Sequence record: MW689258.1
DNA length: 48,565 bases
Strand: one strand, 5' to 3'
From: Hafnia phage Pocis76
Every line of letters begins with the position of its first letter. Position 1 is the stretch's first letter. Shown here piece after piece: positions 17,926-27,600 of the stretch. A model generated the notes under the pieces. It saw only the letters and a list, made by a program, of their open reading frames with translations. It was not told the DNA's origin and did no database searches. The translations under genes were made by a program, and so were the position numbers.

Positions 17926-18598
17926 CGGATCACAGATTTTTGTTCAGAAAGAGCTGGATAATGCGGCTACCAATCTTGAAGTTACTGACATTGCTAACCA
18001 TGCAACTGACGTTGAAATTACATTCAAGGAAAATGTTAATGAGAAGCTTCATGCGGGAGATTATCTAATTATTACTGAGTGCGACTGGGGTCGATTGGTT
18101 AATCGCGTAGTTCGAATTAAATCAGTCCCAGCTAATCAGGACAATAAAAAAATCACTGTAAACGGCATTGATACAAGCGATGTTAATGCTCACCCAGAGG
18201 GAGCTATTGCTGGGAAAGTTACACGCGTAAAAAGCTGGATCGAAATCCCTTGCGTACAGGATTTGACTCAGGACGGCGGCGAGCAGCAGTATTACACATA
18301 CCAGTGCTTGAGTGATGATCAGGAGAAGCAGATACCAACGTACAAGAGCGCTGTTTCTTTGACCTACACTTTTGCGCATGAGTACGATAACGCGATTTAT
18401 CCAATTCTGCGTAAGTACGACGAGAGCGGTGATGTTGTAGCTCTGCGCATGTACATCCCAAAAGCTAAGGAAATGCGTTGCTGGTCTGGTGTTCTGGCCT
18501 TTAACGAGATCCCGCAAACGGCTGTGAACGAAATGGAAACCGTTTCTTTGTCCGTTTCCCTGAAGGGTCGCTTCACTTTCTTACCATCAACTCAGTAG
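17912..18598 (+). CDS. major tail (tube) protein
   Basis: AAGGAGG then ATG at 17912; 228 aa; synteny. Confidence 0.65.
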   Translation: MHLPNGSQIFVQKELDNAATNLEVTDIANHATDVEITFKENVNEKLHAGDYLIITECDWGRLVNRVVRIKSVPANQDNKKITVNGIDTSDVNAHPEGAIAGKVTRVKSWIEIPCVQDLTQDGGEQQYYTYQCLSDDQEKQIPTYKSAVSLTYTFAHEYDNAIYPILRKYDESGDVVALRMYIPKAKEMRCWSGVLAFNEIPQTAVNEMETVSLSVSLKGRFTFLPSTQ

Positions 18599-18607
18599 TA
18601 ATTACAT

Positions 18608-18633
18608 GGGGGGCATTGCGCCCCCTTTTTTAT
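18608..18633 (+). terminator. terminator containing an embedded -35
   Basis: GGGGGGC attg CGCCCCC TTTTTT. Confidence 0.85.
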
Positions 18634-18644
18634 TTCGGTAGAAT
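18616..18644 (+). promoter_or_regulatory. late promoter overlapping terminator
   Basis: TTGCGC-N17-TAGAAT. Confidence 0.6.
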
Positions 18645-18683
18645 CACAACACGTAAATTGTATAAACCTATCAGGAGGAATAA

Positions 18684-19001
18684 ATGGCTAAAATGAAAAT
18701 CACCTTGGGCAAACTCCCAGACTTCCCACTGCCAGTAACGTTCAATCTGCCAAACGGCGAGAGCGGCGAAATCGTATTCAAGGTTAAGCATGTTCCAGTT
18801 GATGAGTTTCAGGAAATGTACAGCGCAGAGCGTGTTATCAGTGATCATGAGTTGATTATGAATCTGGCTAGTGGCTGGAGCCTACCAGAGGAGTTCAACG
18901 AAGAAAACGCGCGTGAACTTGTTCGACACTATCCGGCAGCTGCGTTAGCATTGGCTGGTGAATATCTGCGAGCGCTGGCAGGGCAACGAGTAAAAAACTA
19001 A
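18684..19001 (+). CDS. tail assembly chaperone, short form (gpG-like)
   Basis: precedes the tape measure gene; ends GTA AAA AAC TAA. Confidence 0.8.
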   Translation: MAKMKITLGKLPDFPLPVTFNLPNGESGEIVFKVKHVPVDEFQEMYSAERVISDHELIMNLASGWSLPEEFNEENARELVRHYPAAALALAGEYLRALAGQRVKN

Positions 19002-19315
19002 AAAGGGCGGTTTACCTGTTTTACCAGAAACCGCCGACAGACGCAGAACTTGAGGCCGTAGGTTTAACCAGACAAGACTATGAAGGAGAGGAGCCGCCTG
19101 AAATTATATTTGATGAGTCCATGATGCAATCATGGGATGTGTTTTGCGCTATGCAAACACAATGGCGATCAGCTGGCTCTGGTGCCTATGGCTTTGACTA
19201 CAACGTATTGCCGATGTTATTCAGAATCTATAAAATAGAGGACGAAGAAACGGCACTAAATGACTTGCGCATTATGGAAAGTAAAGCACTTGAAATGATG
19301 CACGCTAACAAATAA
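18684..19315 (+). CDS. tail assembly chaperone, -1 frameshift form (gpGT-like, about 210 aa)
   Basis: slippery A AAA AAC (18992-18998) in correct phase; -1 frame open from 18998 (LKRAVYLFYQKPPTDAELEAVGLTRQDYEGEEPP...) to stop at 19315. Confidence 0.85.
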
Positions 19316-19335
19316 GCGCCTACGGGCGCTTTTCT
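19315..19335 (+). terminator. weak terminator
   Basis: AGCGCCtacGGGCGCT followed by a T-rich tract. Confidence 0.6.
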
Positions 19336-19351
19336 TTTATACGGAGGTTTT

Positions 19352-22066
19352 ATGGCTGAAAGATACGCTGGTGTATCCCTTGGCGTTGATGTTTCCCAGA
19401 TCAATAACGCCATTAAATCACTAAAGCAGTTTAAGGATGCGAACGCAAAAGCCGCCGATAGCATGGGTGACTTTGTAGACAAGGAATTTGTTGCAAAGCA
19501 GCGAGCCAAAGAGCTTGCGCAGGAGCTAGCAAAGCAGCGAGCAGAGTTTAAGAGCATTCAGGCTTCAATCGATCCTACTGCATCAAAAATGGATAAATTG
19601 CGCCAGTCTGCGGCTAAGCTTGATTCTCTATGGCGAAAAGGCGTGATCCCTGATGATTCATTTTTTGAGCTTGGCGCTATTCTTGAGACTCAGGCAAACA
19701 AACTGAATCTTGCTAGAAAGGCTCTCACCGAAGAAGGTCGAGCGGCTATTGAGGAGGCAAGAAACAAAGAGAAGGCGATTGCAGCTGGTCGTCAGTTTAT
19801 TGCATCACTTGAGGCTCAGGCGGCTGCGGCTGGCAAGACTCAATCTGAATTAACAGCAATGAAGGCTGCGCAGTTGGGAGTGAGTGAGCAGGCAGCGCCA
19901 TTTATCGCACAGATGCGCCAACAGGAAGCGCAAATTGAAAAGCTAGGGATTAGCATGGGTCAATATCGACAAGCTATGCGAATGCTCCCAGCGCAGATTA
20001 CGGACGTTACAACTTCACTAGCTAGCGGCATGCCAATCTGGTTGGTTGCGATTCAACAAGGCGGTCAGATTAAGGATTCATTTGGCGGCTTGGTTCCAAT
20101 GTTTAAAGCTCTGGCTACCTTTATCACTCCGCTAAATGTTGGCCTTGCTGCAATTGGCGTGACGATGGGCGCTCTCGTTTACAGTGTATACAGTGCAAAC
20201 GAGGAGTTTGTGAAGATTCGCGACACCATCAAGGAGACAACTGGCCTGAGTGGTGAATTTGCCGATAAGGTTGCTCTTAGCATTAAAGAGCTTGCCGATG
20301 CATCGGGGAAAAGTGCGGAAGATATTGCAAAGGCATATATCACAACCAAAGACAGCGCACACCAAGCAATCGAAAAGCTGATTGATGTTGGCTATAGCTA
20401 TGATGAGGCTGTGAAGAAGGTTAACGAATACAAGGGCGCTACAAACTTCACAAGTCTAAACAATGAGATTGCAGATCATCAACTAAAGGTTGCAGAACTT
20501 AGTGAAACTTGGCTTGATGTTGCAGCTAGCAAGGCAAAAGCTTTTGCACTCGGTGCTTTGGCGGTAACTAGCGGTGCAGCTGGAACCGTTCAGGCCAACA
20601 AAGATGCGATTAATCAGATCCGCATGCTAAACAACGTTAAGCAACTTCAGACCGATATTAACGAAGCGGTTAAGAAAGGCGAGAAAGAGCGAGCAACGGT
20701 TGCGGCGGCTGTGGAGAAGGAGTTCTACGCCACAAACCGAGTCGCTAACGCGCAGAAGGAGCTTAATGAGCTAATTAAGCAGCAGAAAACGCTTGCCGTA
20801 AGCAACAACGAAGAAGCCAAAAAGCAGGTTGGCTATCTGGTTGAGGCCAAAAAGAAAGAGATCGAAGATCTCAAAAAGCTTGAGGCCAAAAAGTCAGAGC
20901 CCAAGAAGAAGGGCGGCGGTGTAGCTCGCAGTGTTGAGGAGCAATTAGATAAGGAGCTGTATGTTTTACAAGCCCAGCTAGAAACTCTAAAAGAGCATCG
21001 CACCGTAAACGATGTTATTTCACGCCAGCGCCAGTCTTTGTGGAGCATTGAAAAGCAGATCCAGATTTTGCAGGAAGCGCAAAGCAAGCGGCAGCTAACA
21101 GCTGGTGAGAAAAAACTACTTGCTGAACAGCAAAGCGTTTTGGAGCTTGCAAAGCAAAAGGCCGAGATTGGTGATCAGATTGTATTGCAGGAACGAAGCA
21201 ACAAGCTATATCAAAACTCTATCGACTTCATCCGACAGACTAGCGCAGCTATTGACGAGATCGGCATGAAGCAGGAAGGAATGACAGATAAGCAAATTCA
21301 GCGTCAGCTTGAGCTGAATCGCATTCGTGATGAATACATAGCCAAGGGTGGCGCGGCTGATGATCCGGCTCTGCAAAACATGCTGGAGAAGCAAAAGCAG
21401 TTATACGAGCAGCAGGACGCACTGCAAATGAATTGGCTAGCTGGTGCAAAGAACGCGTTTAATGAGTTTGGGGAGTCTGCAACCGATGTATATACAAATA
21501 TCGGAAATCTTGCTTCATCGGCTCTGAATGGTTTAACAGACCAAATGACTGAGTTCTTAACAACTGGTAAATCAAACTTTAAAGACTTTGCACAAAGCAT
21601 TATTGGAATGATTGTTAAGATGATCGCAAAGATGGTTATTTTTAACTCTCTATCTGGCTTGATGGGTGGAGGACAATCATTCTCATTTGCCAATATGTTT
21701 GGCAAGGGCTTTGCCTCTGGTGGCTATACTGGTGACGGCGGCAAGTACGATCCGGCTGGAATTGTTCACAAAGGCGAGTTTGTTTTCACCAAGGAAGCAA
21801 CGCAGCGAATCGGTGCTAAAAACCTTTACCGCCTAATGCGTGGGTACGCTAACGGCGGCAGCGTAGGAGGCAGCTCATATAGTCGAGGTGGTTCTTCTGG
21901 CGGTGCTGGAACATCATTTACGTTTGGCGATATTAACGTTGATGTAAACAACGGAAGCGATCCAAAGGGAATGGAGACAGGTGTGAGAATGATAGTAACC
22001 GACATGTTGCAGCGCTCTTGTGCTCAAGGTGGAGAAATTTATAACTTCTTAATGGAACACAGATAA
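19352..22066 (+). CDS. tail tape measure protein
   Basis: 904 aa; long coiled-coil region, FAQSIIGMIVKMIAKMVIFNSL and G-rich C-terminus. Confidence 0.92.
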   Translation: MAERYAGVSLGVDVSQINNAIKSLKQFKDANAKAADSMGDFVDKEFVAKQRAKELAQELAKQRAEFKSIQASIDPTASKMDKLRQSAAKLDSLWRKGVIPDDSFFELGAILETQANKLNLARKALTEEGRAAIEEARNKEKAIAAGRQFIASLEAQAAAAGKTQSELTAMKAAQLGVSEQAAPFIAQMRQQEAQIEKLGISMGQYRQAMRMLPAQITDVTTSLASGMPIWLVAIQQGGQIKDSFGGLVPMFKALATFITPLNVGLAAIGVTMGALVYSVYSANEEFVKIRDTIKETTGLSGEFADKVALSIKELADASGKSAEDIAKAYITTKDSAHQAIEKLIDVGYSYDEAVKKVNEYKGATNFTSLNNEIADHQLKVAELSETWLDVAASKAKAFALGALAVTSGAAGTVQANKDAINQIRMLNNVKQLQTDINEAVKKGEKERATVAAAVEKEFYATNRVANAQKELNELIKQQKTLAVSNNEEAKKQVGYLVEAKKKEIEDLKKLEAKKSEPKKKGGGVARSVEEQLDKELYVLQAQLETLKEHRTVNDVISRQRQSLWSIEKQIQILQEAQSKRQLTAGEKKLLAEQQSVLELAKQKAEIGDQIVLQERSNKLYQNSIDFIRQTSAAIDEIGMKQEGMTDKQIQRQLELNRIRDEYIAKGGAADDPALQNMLEKQKQLYEQQDALQMNWLAGAKNAFNEFGESATDVYTNIGNLASSALNGLTDQMTEFLTTGKSNFKDFAQSIIGMIVKMIAKMVIFNSLSGLMGGGQSFSFANMFGKGFASGGYTGDGGKYDPAGIVHKGEFVFTKEATQRIGAKNLYRLMRGYANGGSVGGSSYSRGGSSGGAGTSFTFGDINVDVNNGSDPKGMETGVRMIVTDMLQRSCAQGGEIYNFLMEHR

Positions 22067-22076
22067 AGGAGGCATT

Positions 22077-22427
22077 ATGGCACTAGATGAATTTAAATGG
22101 TGTACACAAACTCAAGGAGGCGGCGGCACAATGACAACGATTAACAGTGATCGAGAGGTTGTGTTCGGAAATGGTTATACTCAGGTTGCATCTTCTGGGT
22201 TTAACACAATTCGTAGAGAGTTTACGGTTGTTTATGTTGGGAATGATTACAGGAATGTATTGGCCTTTATGCATGAACACAGATTGAAACCTTTCTTGTG
22301 GGTAATGCCAGATGGTAATTTGGGTTTATTCCGTGTTAAGGGTAACACGGTTGGAGCAAAACCAATTTCACCAACCATTCAGGAAGTAACCGCCACATTT
22401 ACAGAGCAATTCACCAGCTCGAAATAA
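22077..22427 (+). CDS. minor tail protein (lambda gpM-like)
   Basis: synteny and size. Confidence 0.7.
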   Translation: MALDEFKWCTQTQGGGGTMTTINSDREVVFGNGYTQVASSGFNTIRREFTVVYVGNDYRNVLAFMHEHRLKPFLWVMPDGNLGLFRVKGNTVGAKPISPTIQEVTATFTEQFTSSK

Positions 22428-22432
22428 AAACA

Positions 22433-22458
22433 AAGCCGCCTTTGCGCGGCTTTTTTAT
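22433..22458 (+). terminator. terminator containing an embedded -35
   Basis: GCCGCctttgcGCGGC TTTTTT. Confidence 0.85.
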
Positions 22459-22470
22459 TGGCGCTATAAT
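22442..22470 (+). promoter_or_regulatory. late promoter overlapping terminator
   Basis: TTGCGC-N17-TATAAT. Confidence 0.65.
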
Positions 22471-22497
22471 ATCCAAATCTAACAGGAGGGTTTAAAT

Positions 22498-23256
22498 ATG
22501 AATGAAAAACAGACAAATAGAACTTTTGAGAATTGTTTGCAAAGCCTATATGCTGGAGAAATCGTCACTCTGATTGAGATTGACGGAACGAAATTCGGCG
22601 CCCAAAAATATTGCTTCCACAACGAAAATATTGCTTTTACCCCAGAGGAATTAATGACTGCGCGTCAAACTGGTGAGCTTCCAGAAAAAAATATCATATT
22701 CCGTGGCGAGGTGTTCGGTGCTCGTCCGTTTGGTATTAGCGGGATCACGTTTACAAGCAACGGCAAAGCAGGAAAGCCACAGCTTACAGTTTCTAATTTA
22801 GATAGCCGCGTATCTGCTCTGATTCGAGCGTACAACGGCATGATGCAAGCCAAGGTGATCATATGGGTTACAGCAAAAGAATTCCTTAATGACGACGGCA
22901 CGGTCAAAGATGGAGCATTTAGAAAGATGGTCTATTATATCGAGCGTCCGAGCTTTTGTAACAAGACCATAGCTCAGTTTGACTTAACATCACCATATGA
23001 CATGGACGGGATAATGATCCCCGCTCGAATAACTCAAAGCTCATGCTTCTGGGCTCAGCGCGGATGGTATAGAAGCGGTAAGGGTTGCGGGTATAATGGA
23101 AACCGCATGTTTGACAAAGACAATAACCCAGTAACAGATCCTTCTTTGGACTTCTGCGCTGGTACACCAACGGCATGCAAATTGCGGTTCGGTGAAGATC
23201 AGGAATTGGATTTCGGCGGCGCTCCGGTTGCGTCATTATTGAGGAGTTCACAATGA
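22498..23256 (+). CDS. minor tail protein (lambda gpL-like)
   Basis: C-rich C-terminus CFWAQRGWYRSGKGCGYNG, FCAGTPTACKLRFG. Confidence 0.8.
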   Translation: MNEKQTNRTFENCLQSLYAGEIVTLIEIDGTKFGAQKYCFHNENIAFTPEELMTARQTGELPEKNIIFRGEVFGARPFGISGITFTSNGKAGKPQLTVSNLDSRVSALIRAYNGMMQAKVIIWVTAKEFLNDDGTVKDGAFRKMVYYIERPSFCNKTIAQFDLTSPYDMDGIMIPARITQSSCFWAQRGWYRSGKGCGYNGNRMFDKDNNPVTDPSLDFCAGTPTACKLRFGEDQELDFGGAPVASLLRSSQ

Positions 23257-23969
23257 TTAATGCAAAAATTAAGCTTGAGATTATGCGCCATGCGCAAGAC
23301 GTTTACCCGCAAGAGTGCTGCGGAGTTGTAACTCAAAAAAGCCGAGTGCAAAAATACCACAGAATAACAAATAAGCATTCAGATCCAGAAAACCACTTTA
23401 CTATGGATGAGGTAGAGTACATGGAAGCAATCGACAGCGGAGAGCTTATCGCCGTTGTTCACTCTCACACTGGCGACGGCGCAACCACTTTGCCTAGCGC
23501 TCACGACTCCTGCATTTGCGATGAAATGGGGGTTACTTGGGTTATTGTCTCACTGCCAGAGGGGGATATGAGGTTTGTAGAGCCGCAATCGCGTCCTCTG
23601 ACTGGTAGGCCGTGGGCTCTTGGCTCGTTCGATTGCTGGGGATTGGTTATGGCTTGGCATAAAGAGCAGGGAGTGATTCTTAATGATTTTCGCAAGCCTT
23701 ATGAGTGGTGGAAACCTGAATACGGCGAAAACCTATACCAAGACAATTATCTAAAGGAGGGCTTTATTCCAACTGGTGAGCCGCCAAAGGCTGGCGACAT
23801 GATAATCATGCAGCTGCAAGCCAATGTGTGGAATCACGCAGGGATTTACCTTGGCGAAAATAAGTTACTGCATCACGCTTTCGGAAAGCTATCTAGGGAG
23901 GATATTTATTCTGGATGGTATCAAGAGCACACTGTTATGGTTTGCCGACATAAGGAGCTAATGAAATGA
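23253..23969 (+). CDS. tail assembly protein (lambda gpK-like, JAB plus NlpC/P60 domains)
   Basis: VVHSHTGDGATTLPSAHD; FDCWGLVMAWH; WNHAGIYLGENKLLHHA. Confidence 0.85.
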   Translation: MINAKIKLEIMRHAQDVYPQECCGVVTQKSRVQKYHRITNKHSDPENHFTMDEVEYMEAIDSGELIAVVHSHTGDGATTLPSAHDSCICDEMGVTWVIVSLPEGDMRFVEPQSRPLTGRPWALGSFDCWGLVMAWHKEQGVILNDFRKPYEWWKPEYGENLYQDNYLKEGFIPTGEPPKAGDMIIMQLQANVWNHAGIYLGENKLLHHAFGKLSREDIYSGWYQEHTVMVCRHKELMK

Positions 23970-24568
23970 TTTGTGAAGTTAAGAAAATTAAATTGTCCGG
24001 TTCTCTTGGTCGCAGGTTTGGCGTATTTCATGAGCTGGCGGTTGATAGTTACCCAGAGGCTGTAAGGGCTTTATCCAGTCAGGTAGACGGATTCAAGGAT
24101 TTCATGCAAAGCGAGATCGGATCGCGCATGCACTTTGCAATTTTTGTTGATGGCAAGAACGTTGGGCAGAATGACGAGGCAGCATGGAAATGCGCAAAAG
24201 AAGTGCGAATTATCCCGATTCCAACTGGTTCCAAATCTGGCGGCCTATTCCAAGTTGTCTTAGGTGCGGTTGTAATGGCTACCGCGTTTTTCACTGGTGG
24301 CGCATCATTAGCCGCAATGGGGGCGTTCGCAAGCTCTGCATTTATGATGGGTGGAGCTATGGCATTGGGTGGCGTTATGCAAATGATCTCACCTCAGCGC
24401 GGCGGCTCTGACATGCGAGTAAGCAGCACGGAAAACAAGCCATCATATGCATTCGGTGGCGCTGTAAACACCACTGCGGCTGGATACCCGATCCCATTAC
24501 CTTACGGCTATCGGACGGTTGGCGGCGCTATTTGGTCAGCTGGTGCCTATCCAGAAGATAAAGCGTAA
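23966..24568 (+). CDS. tail assembly protein (lambda gpI-like)
   Basis: synteny; central hydrophobic segment. Confidence 0.8.
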   Translation: MICEVKKIKLSGSLGRRFGVFHELAVDSYPEAVRALSSQVDGFKDFMQSEIGSRMHFAIFVDGKNVGQNDEAAWKCAKEVRIIPIPTGSKSGGLFQVVLGAVVMATAFFTGGASLAAMGAFASSAFMMGGAMALGGVMQMISPQRGGSDMRVSSTENKPSYAFGGAVNTTAAGYPIPLPYGYRTVGGAIWSAGAYPEDKA

Positions 24569-24572
24569 TAAT

Positions 24573-24602
24573 AAAAGCCTCGCTATTGCGGGGCTTTTTT
24601 TT
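24573..24602 (+). terminator. terminator containing an embedded -35
   Basis: AGCCTCGCtattGCGGGGCT TTTTTTT. Confidence 0.85.
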
Positions 24603-24639
24603 AATCTATATAATTACAGCCAAAGAGCACAAATTGTTA
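24586..24639 (+). promoter_or_regulatory. J-gene promoter with downstream operator-like site
   Basis: TTGCGG-N17-TATAAT (24609-24614); GAGCACAAATTGTTAAAAC from 24625. Confidence 0.55.
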
Positions 24640-24657
24640 AAACTACAGGAGGAAATT

Positions 24658-27600
24658 ATGATAAGCGGCAGTAAAGGCGGCTCATCTAAGCCATACAAGC
24701 CAAAAGAAATGGCTGATAACCTGATTTCCATCAACAAAATTAAGGTTTTACTGGCTGTTTCAGACGGTGAAGTAGATCCAGAGTTTTCACTAAAAAACCT
24801 ACTGCTTGATGATGTTCCAGTGCAAAACCAAGACGGAACATTCAACTATGAAGGTGTAACGGCTGAATTCCGTTCTGGCACTCAGGATCAGGAATATATT
24901 CAGGGCTTCACTGAGACATCAAACGAAATCACGGTAGCGCGAGAAATTGAGGTTGCAAAGCCTTTCGTTATCTCAGTAACCAATAAAAACTTGTCTGCGA
25001 TCCGCGTAAAAGTTCTTATGCCACAAGGCGTAACAATTGAAGATGATGGCGACAAGGTAGGCGTGAAGGTTACTTATGCTATTGATATGGCTATTGATGG
25101 AGGCTCATATAAAGAGGTTATGAGCGATACTATCAACGGTAAAACAATGAGCGGTTACGACAGAAGCCGACGCGTTGACCTTCCAAAATTTAACGATCAG
25201 GTATTGCTGCGTGTTCGCCGCGTGACTCCAGACTCAACCTCATTTAATGTGGTTGATAAAATTCGAGTTCAAAGCTACGCGGAGGTTGTTGACGCTAAAT
25301 TCCGTTATCCTCTGACTGGCCTTGTGTTTGTTGAGTTTGATTCTGAGCTTTTCCCAAACAGAATACCAAACATGTCAACACTAAAAAAATGGAAGTTGAT
25401 TAACGTACCAGTTAATTACGATCCAGAAACCAGAGAGTATAGCGGTTCATGGAATGGTGTATTCAAGAAGGCTTGGACTAATAACCCAGCTTGGATTTTG
25501 TACGACTTGATTACAAACCAGCGCTACGGTCTTGACCAGCGAGAGCTAGGAATTGAGATTGACAAGTGGAGCATTTACGAGGCCGCGCAATACTGCGATC
25601 AGAAGGTGCCAGACGGTCACGGTGGATTGGAACCTCGCTACATGTGCGACGTTGTAATTCAGAGCCAGATTGAAGCATACCAGCTGGTGCGTGATATTTG
25701 CTCAATCTTTCGTGGTATGAGTTTTTGGAACGGAGAAAGCCTTTCTATCGTTATCGACAAGCCGCGAGATCCGTCTTACATCTTCACTAATGACAACGTT
25801 GTCAACGGTGAATTCTCTTACACTTTTGCAAGTGAAAAGAGCATGTATACGGCTTGTAATGTAACGTTTGATGATGAACAAAGCCTATACAATCAAGATG
25901 TTGAGCCAGTATTCGACACAGAAGCGGCGGCGCGTTTTGGCTATAACCCAACATCAATAACAGCAATCGGATGCACGCGACGCAGTGAAGCAAACCGTCG
26001 AGGGCGCTGGATTCTTAAAACAAACTTGCGCAGCACTACGGTTAACTTTGCTACTGGTCTGGAAGGGATGATTCCAACAATCGGCGATGTTATCGCCATT
26101 GCTGATAGCTTTTGGGCTAGCAACTTAACACTCAATCTATCAGGCCGAGTTATGGAAGTTGCAGGTGTTCAGGTGTTCTTGCCTTACAGGGTTGACGCTC
26201 GCGCTGGCGATTTCATCATCATAAACAAGCCAGATGGAAAGCCAGTTAAGCGCACAATCTCAAGGATTTCGCCGGACGGCAAGACTATTGAGCTAAATGT
26301 TGGATTCGGATTTAACGTCGAGCCTGACACAGTATTTGCCATTGATCGCACCGACTTGGCGCTACAACAATATGTTGTGACGTCTATCAACAAAGGCGAT
26401 GGTGACGAGGAATTCACCTATAGCATTACGGCTGTGGAGTACGATCCGACTAAATATGACGAGATTGATTACAGCGTAAACATTGACGACAGGCCAACAA
26501 GCAACGTGCAGCCAGAAATCATGCAAGCGCCGGAGAATGTGCAAATCACGTCATATTCACGCGTACTGCAAGGCCAGAGCATTGAGACAATGCATGTATC
26601 TTGGGACAAGGTTCCATTTGCTAGCATGTACGAAATGCAATGGCGCAAGGGTGATGGTAACTGGCATAACGCACCGCAAACAGCAAACAAGGAAGTGGAA
26701 ATTGAAGGGATTTATGCTGGCAAGTATTCGGTGCGAGTTCGCTCTGTTTCTGCGGCTGGCTCAGCATCGCCTTGGTCTAAGATTGCCACTGCATCACTGA
26801 GCGGTAAAGTTGGCGAGCCGTTGACGCCAATCAATATCACAGCGTCAGATGATGAGGTTCTGGGTATTCGGATTAAGTGGGCTATGCCTCAAGGCTCTGA
26901 CGACACGGCATACATTGAGGTGCAGCAAGCGCCAGATGTTAATGGTCAGCTTCCAAATCCAGAACAGGCAACATTGCTTTCATTGGTTCCATACCCTCAG
27001 CGCGAATACTGGCATTCACCGCTGCCATCAACTACGGTTGTGTGGTATCGAGTGAGAAGCGTAGACCGCATCGGTAATGCATCACCTTGGTCTGATTTTG
27101 TTCGCGGTTTTGTGTCTGATGATGTTGAAAGCATTCTTGGAGATCTAAAGATTGATATTGAGGGTAGCGATGGGTTCCAGTGGTTACAGGAAAACGCCAT
27201 TTCCTCAAACTCAAAGATCCACAACGCAGCAGAAGCAGCAATTGAGAATGCCTTGGCTAGCGATGCAGACGCAAAAACCATGCGTAAGCAGTACCGCAAG
27301 AACAAAGCAGAAATCAAGCGCTCACTGCAAATGATTGCTGATGAGACTCAGGCGCGAGTGGAAGCCATGCAGCAAATGACGGCTGTTTTTGATGAGAAGT
27401 TAACCGCTCAGCACACCGAACTTGTTCGCGTTGTTGCCAACGAAACCGAGGCTCGAACTGAGGCCGTGAATAAGCTCAGCGCATCGTTCGATACAAGCAT
27501 CAAGGATGTAAACGGCAAGATTACAGAGGTAGGTAAAAAGGTAGATGCAAATTATCAAACTCTCAACACTGCCATTGCAAACGAGCGAGAAGCGCGTACA

